From: an uncultured Planctomycetota bacterium
GTDB taxonomy: Bacteria > Planctomycetota > Planctomycetia > Gemmatales > Gemmataceae
Assembly: GCA_963849325.1 (NCBI GenBank)
Contig: CAWKHF010000011.1
Location: 67,762-131,761, forward strand
Reading direction: 5' to 3'
DNA length: 64,000 bases
In this document: in pieces, positions 59,137 to 64,000 of the stretch
Layout: each line of letters begins with the position of its first letter
Position numbering within the stretch: position 1 is the first letter of the stretch
Translations under genes and position numbers: made by a program
The notes under the pieces: model-generated
Seen by the model: only the letters and a program-made list of their open reading frames with translations
Database searches by the model: none
What the model was told of the DNA's origin: nothing

Positions 59137-59735
59137 TATCTGGCCCACTGGATCACAATACGCTGCTTCAGACGGGCAATTTCAGCGCGACAGGCCGGGA
59201 TTCGGACGGAACGCAGGTAGTTGATCCCCTCCCGATAGGATGCGGCTTCCTGACGATCTCGACTGGTTTTAATGCGCTTTTCGAGATCGAGTATGCATTT
59301 TTCATGTATATGGACGCATTCCTCGCCCCACTTGATACCCTCCTCGCCGCCGCGGAGGCTCTCGCGGAGAAAGGCGTTGATGATAGTCACGCTCTCATCG
59401 CGCGTGCCGGCCCGAAAGGTAAAGCGGATGCGGCGTTCTTCGCCTTCTGCCGTGATGCGAATGTTTTTCGTCAGCCACGGGCGGGCATTCTCCATGCGAG
59501 CGACCGAGGGCAGCCTTCGCACCTCGGGAGAGGACATCCCGCACGTCGAAAGGGGGTGAGTCTGGGCCGCGATCACCCTCTGGCGATATTGTTCCGCCGT
59601 CTCCCCCTTGGGTGGCGGTCCGATGTCCAGGATCGCGTAAGGCTCGGGAGCCGGCGCGGCCAGCACGCTCATCAGTGGCAGCATGGCGAACAGCACCAAG
59701 GCGAACAGCATCAAGGCGGCAAGGCGGTAACGCAT
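59136..59735 (-). CDS. hypothetical secreted protein
   Basis: Signal peptide MRYRLAALMLFALVLFAMLPLMSVLAAPAP. I recognise no domain. Confidence 0.5.
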   Translation of the reverse strand: MRYRLAALMLFALVLFAMLPLMSVLAAPAPEPYAILDIGPPPKGETAEQYRQRVIAAQTHPLSTCGMSSPEVRRLPSVARMENARPWLTKNIRITAEGEERRIRFTFRAGTRDESVTIINAFLRESLRGGEEGIKWGEECVHIHEKCILDLEKRIKTSRDRQEAASYREGINYLRSVRIPACRAEIARLKQRIVIQWAR

Positions 59736-59913
59736 GGCGGATCCTCCGGTAGAGAGACAAATTGATCCCCCTGCTTGTACCCGGACGTTCTTGCGCTGTC
59801 AACCGTTGTGCGGACCTGCCTTCCCGAAGGCCGACAGCCGGCGTCAACCGGCTGATAGGGTCGGCCAGCCGGCTCATGCAGAAAGCTGTCCGCGAGAGAA
59901 AGTCCACCTTCGC

Positions 59914-60357
59914 TTACGCTTCCGGCTCGGATGAAATGGTTTTTTCCGCTGGGATGCCGGCCGCCGTCAACGAGGTCCACGACGGCGGATCGCTGGCGGG
60001 GAACGAATCCACCGAGGCGTCGTCCACCCGGCTTGCGTCTGTGCCGGATGCCGGCGACGAACCTTCCTGATTCTGCCGCACCGCCCGCATCAAGTCATCG
60101 GCCACGCGATCCAGGGCACCCTGGACATCCGCATCGCCCGCCTCGGCCGTCAGCGTCGCGGAAGGCAGAGGCAGGACCGCCCTCACTTCATAGCGATTCG
60201 CCTCCGGCCGATGCTGGACCCGGAGATCGAGCCGCGGTTGCTCTGGAGCTTGCGGCCCGAGCAATTCCTCCAGCCGAGATTGCTTCGGCTGCCAGTAATT
60301 CCGCACCTGGGTCTGTACATTTTCCGCGCAACTCTGAAACACAGCTGTCGTGTACAT
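59914..60357 (-). CDS. HPF/RaiA-like (S30EA fold) small protein with acidic tail ending in a DSFPASDPPSW motif
   Basis: From MYTTAVF.., the segment ..RLDLRVQHRPEANRYEVRAVLPLPSATLTAEAGDADVQGALDRVADDLMRAVRQ follows the RaiA beta-alpha pattern (hv.l....Ae....D...AiD...d.L.rql). The assignment is moderate. Confidence 0.4.
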   Translation of the reverse strand: MYTTAVFQSCAENVQTQVRNYWQPKQSRLEELLGPQAPEQPRLDLRVQHRPEANRYEVRAVLPLPSATLTAEAGDADVQGALDRVADDLMRAVRQNQEGSSPASGTDASRVDDASVDSFPASDPPSWTSLTAAGIPAEKTISSEPEA

Positions 60358-60543
60358 GATTATCCTCCCGAGGTCGTTCGCTTCCATTCCGAAAGTTTGC
60401 GAAAACCCCCTCTCTTTCTTGCAATCGGGATGCCGAGATTCGGCGAACGGGGCAAACCGCGACGCTTGCGCGGCCTGCGCGGCCCTCGTCCGGCTCGGGA
60501 TGGTGCGGGTGGGGCGCTTTGACCGCCTGTCGCCTTCGCGCCG

Positions 60544-63500
60544 TTGCCGAAACTACCTCCAGCGCGGCCCCGTCCGCAGGAGCAGATGGCGGGGGCGTCT
60601 TTCCGAGTCCCGAGCAGGATGCACACCATGGGTCTCTTCCCGCGAGCGCGCACCGACCCGAACAGCCCTCCCCCGCACGGAAGCAAGTGGAAGCGACGGC
60701 TGCTCGGCGCCTTCGTTGCGTTCCTCCTGCTGGCTCTCTTGTCGCCGATCCTCATCGCCCGGACGCCGCTGCGCAACTGGATCGCCGCGAAGGCGCTGGC
60801 GCGGCTCCAGGGCGAGGTGCGCATCGGCGGCGCCTCGCTGTGGTGGTTCTCTCCACCCACGTTCACCGACATTGAGGTCCGCGACGCAGCGGGGCGGACC
60901 CTGCTCCGCGCTCCGCGGGCCGAAGGCGGCAAGTCCCTGGTCGCCCTGTTATGCCACCCTCTCGACCTTGGCGAATTCCGCATCACGCAGCCGGACCTGC
61001 ACGTCGTTTGCTCGCGCGATTCGACCAACGTGGAGACGGCCCTATCCTACTGGCTGCAAAAGAAGGACAACCAGGAGGATGCCGGGTTGGCGCTGCAGGG
61101 CATCGCGGCCCGCGCCGAACTCACCGAGGGCCGCCTGTCCGTCGAAGATGAGGACACCGGCCGAACCTGGACGCTCGACGCGGTGAATGTTTCCGTCGCG
61201 GTCCCGCACGACCGCCGCACGCCGCTCCAGCTTCGGCTGAGCGCCGCCGTGGCGGATGCGCAGCAGCCTGGCCACCTGAATGCGGAACTGGCCGCGAGGC
61301 TAGTCGAGGCGTCCGGAGCCGCCCCGCGTCCGCGGGTCGAGGGCGAGTTGCACGCGGAGGGCGTTCCCCTGGCGGCGGCCGAGCCGTTCCTGCGCCGTTT
61401 CGAGCCGCACCTCAAGCTCGATGGCCGGCTCGGCATCAACCTGACGCTGCGGCAGGGCGACGGCCAGGCCGGCGCGCCGGACCTGCGGCTGGAAGGCGAC
61501 GTTTCTCTCTCGACCCTGGCGCTGGGAGATCCCTTGATGGGACCGGACGTCCTGCGGTTGGCACGGGTGCAGGCGCCGTTCCGCCTCACCCTGAACGGCA
61601 ACCGACTGGTCGTCGAGCAGGTCGAGATCCAGTCCGACGTTGGCCAGGCGAGCCTGGCCGGCACGGTGGACCTGACCCGAGACCCGCGCGAGGCGCTCAC
61701 TCAACCCGGCCATCGCGTCGATGCCTCGCTCGACCTGGCTCGACTCGCGGGGCTGGTGCCCAACACCCTGCGTCTGACGAAGGACACGCACATCGCGTCG
61801 GGCACGCTGTCGCTGCGCGTCCGCAGCTCGGCCCGGCCCGACGGCGTGCTGTGGGAGGGCGACCTGCGCACCTCCGACTTGCAAGGGCTTTACCAGGGGC
61901 AGCATTTGACCTGGAAGGAGCCGCTCGCCGTCGTCTTCGCCGTGCGCCAGGAGGCGAACGCCTGGCCGGTGGTCGAGCGCTTCCGCTGCGATTCCGACTT
62001 CTTGCGTCTGGAAATGTCCGGCTCGCTGGACGAATGGACGGCCCGCGCCGGCTTCAACCTCGGTCGGCTGAGCGAGCACCTGGCCGGCTTCGTCGATCTC
62101 GGCCCTGTCCGTCTGCTCGGCGAAGGTTCGGCGCGGCTGTCGGCCAAGAGGAACCTGCGCGGCGGCTGCCGCCTGCAAGGCGACGTCCAGGTCGCTCAAC
62201 TCCAGTTGACCGACGGCGGCCAGGCGTGGCGTGAAGATAATCTCACCGTGCGCCTGGATCTGGTCGGCGAGCCGATGGGCGGCTCCTATCGCGTCAACGC
62301 CGGCGGACTGCACGTCCTGGCCGGCGACGACGGCATCGACCTCGACCTGCTCGAACCGATCGCCAACGTCACGGCCGCCAGCGCCGCCAGCGCTCGTGCT
62401 GCGCGTCCACGGCGACCTGGCTCGCTGGCACGGCCGGCTCGCTCGCCTGATCGGCGCCCTCGACGGCGTACAAGTCGCCGGGCAAATCGAACTGGACGGC
62501 CGGCTGCGCTACGAGGGAGAAGCCATTCGCCTTGACGATGTCAAAGTAGCGGGCCGGACCATCCGGCTGCGCGGTTACGGCCTGTGCGTGGAGGAGCCGA
62601 CGCTGGATTTCACGACCTCGGGCCGCTGGCTGGCGGCGCGGGAGGCGTTGGAGCTGCAGCAAACACGGCTGTGCTGCCCGACCGTCACGGTCCAGGCGCC
62701 GGCCGTGTCGCTGACGACGGACCCGGCGGGGGCGTTGCAGATCACGGCCAGCGCGGCCGTGCAGGGCGACGTGGCGCGTCTGCACCGCTGCGTGTTCGCC
62801 TCGACGGCGAACACGCCGGATTCGCTCGGCGGCGCATTCGCCGGCCGCATCGACCTGCGTCCCGACGAGGGCCGGCAAGTCGTGCAGCTGGATGCGAACG
62901 TCTTGAACCTGGCCTTTGGAGCGCCGGCGGCGCCGGCCTGGCGCGAGCCGCGCGTCCACCTCGCCGCCCACGTCGTCTACGACTTCCTCAAGGACTCGGT
63001 ACAGATCGTGCAGCTGCACCTGGAAAGTCCGACGCTGGGCTGCGACGCCGCCGGCCAGGTCGCCGCCCTTCGCGGTGACATGGAGTTGTCACTGGAAGGA
63101 AAGCTCAGCTGCGACCTGGAGAAGCTGGAACCGCAACTGCGGCCGTACCTGGGTCCGGGCGTGAAGCTGTCCGGCCGCGACGTTCGCCCCTTCCGCATCG
63201 CCGGCGCACTGGCGCCGCCGGATCTCCTCGGCCACCTGCGCGGCGAGGCTGGCCTGGCCTGGCAATCCCTGCAAGCGATGGGCTGTCAGGTCGGTCCCGC
63301 CGATCTGCACGGCCGATTGGCCGATGGCTGGTTCCGTGTCTCGCCCATCGACACGACGCTGAACCAGGGCCGCCTGCACCTGGAGCCGAGTCTGCGCCTC
63401 GATCCGGTCCCGCTCGAAGTCCAGCTGACGAAAGGCCGCGTCGTCGAGCACGCCCGCCTGACGCCGGCCGCTTGCGCCAGCGCCCTCGGATTCGCCCTGC

Positions 63501-64000
63501 CGGTCATCGCCAACGTGGCCCAGGCCGAGGGCGAGCTGTCGTTGGACCTGGACGCCGGCCGGCTGCCGCTGACCGAGCCGACCCGCGCCGAGATGGCCGG
63601 ACGGATCACCATTCACTCGGCGCAGGTCAGCCCCGGTCCACTGGTCCAGGAACTGAGCGTGCTGCTCAAAGGCCCAGCCACGCTCACGCTGGCGCGCGAC
63701 AACGTCGTGCCCATCGTGATGAAGAATGGCCGCGTCTACCACAGCAATCTGGAGCTGCACTTCCCCGAGCTGACGGTGCGAACGGCCGGCTCGGTCGGCC
63801 TGGACGGCAGCCTGGCCCTGGTCGCCGAGATGCCGGTGCCGCCGAAATGGCTCGGTTCGGGCCGCCTCGCCAGCGCCGTCGCCGGGCAGACCATTCGCCT
63901 GCCCATCGGTGGCACCCTCAGCAGCCCGAAACTGGATCAGCAAGCGCTGCGCGCCGCCGCCGCCCAGTTCGCGCGGGAGACAACCGAGAACGTCCTTCGG
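60544..64000 (+). CDS. AsmA/TamB-like large envelope protein (partial, continues past the right edge), one frameshift near 62385
   Basis: N-terminal TM (LLGAFVAFLLLALLSPILI), then over 1000 aa of beta-rich repetitive sequence. After about 62385 the reading frame shifts to +2 and stays open to 64000 (hand translation ..LVLRVHGDLARWHGRLARLIGALDG...GRVYHSNLELHFPELTVRTAGSVGLDGSLALVAEMP..). The start could be 60544, 60586 or 60619-60628. Confidence 0.55.

Overview
High-GC segment, visibly about 65-70% GC. The gene content points to a Planctomycetota chromosome (inference): a DUF1559 H-X9-DG-type protein, DUF1501, several Ser/Thr kinases sharing an N-terminal ..FQAERLL.G..GF.LG.. domain, ECF sigma factors with long extensions, a signal-peptide WD40 protein, and LExLE(D/E)RxxP N-termini. 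Layout: (1) 1-14.1 kb is a minus-strand surface-polysaccharide operon. It is headed by a NusG-paralog antiterminator and a WecA-like initiating transferase, followed by a GDP-mannose-3,5-epimerase-like enzyme, glycosyltransferases, a Wzx-like flippase, two methyltransferases, a Wzy-like polymerase and an O-acyltransferase. Two inverted copies of a 95-nt nested-hairpin element bracket the central 6.8 kb. (2) 14.7-19.3 kb is a divergent plus-strand Dlt-logic cassette: SGNH/DltD-like, MBOAT, fatty-acyl-AMP-ligase-like enzyme, carrier protein. (3) 19.3-35.5 kb holds signalling and housekeeping genes: TnpB remnant, PP2C phosphatase, methyltransferase plus FAD oxidoreductase, PAS-REC, a translationally coupled ECF sigma/kinase pair, a DUF1559 fusion, a second kinase, RecQ, and an extended ECF sigma. 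(4) 35.7-49.5 kb is a 14-kb co-directional minus-strand string with two non-canonical Hsp70s, a GrpE-like protein, an HPD-less J-like protein, two TPR proteins, a secreted WD40 protein and a Zn-ribbon/TPR membrane protein. This is my best candidate for an undescribed system. (5) 50-64 kb holds DUF1501, a predicted pseudokinase, a SEC-C/TPR protein, an SDR, a 787-aa secreted protein with a (PT)59 linker, a RaiA-like protein and a large AsmA/TamB-like protein that runs off the right edge. I found no rRNA, tRNA or CRISPR. Two window-wide phenomena stand out. First, roughly 30 frameshifts split otherwise well-conserved genes; these are most likely assembly indels rather than decay. Second, several families of palindromic or heptamer-array inverted repeats fill intergenic gaps, and in at least four cases they sit in-frame inside coding sequences. 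Frameshift positions and repeat ends are hand-derived and may be off by a few nt.
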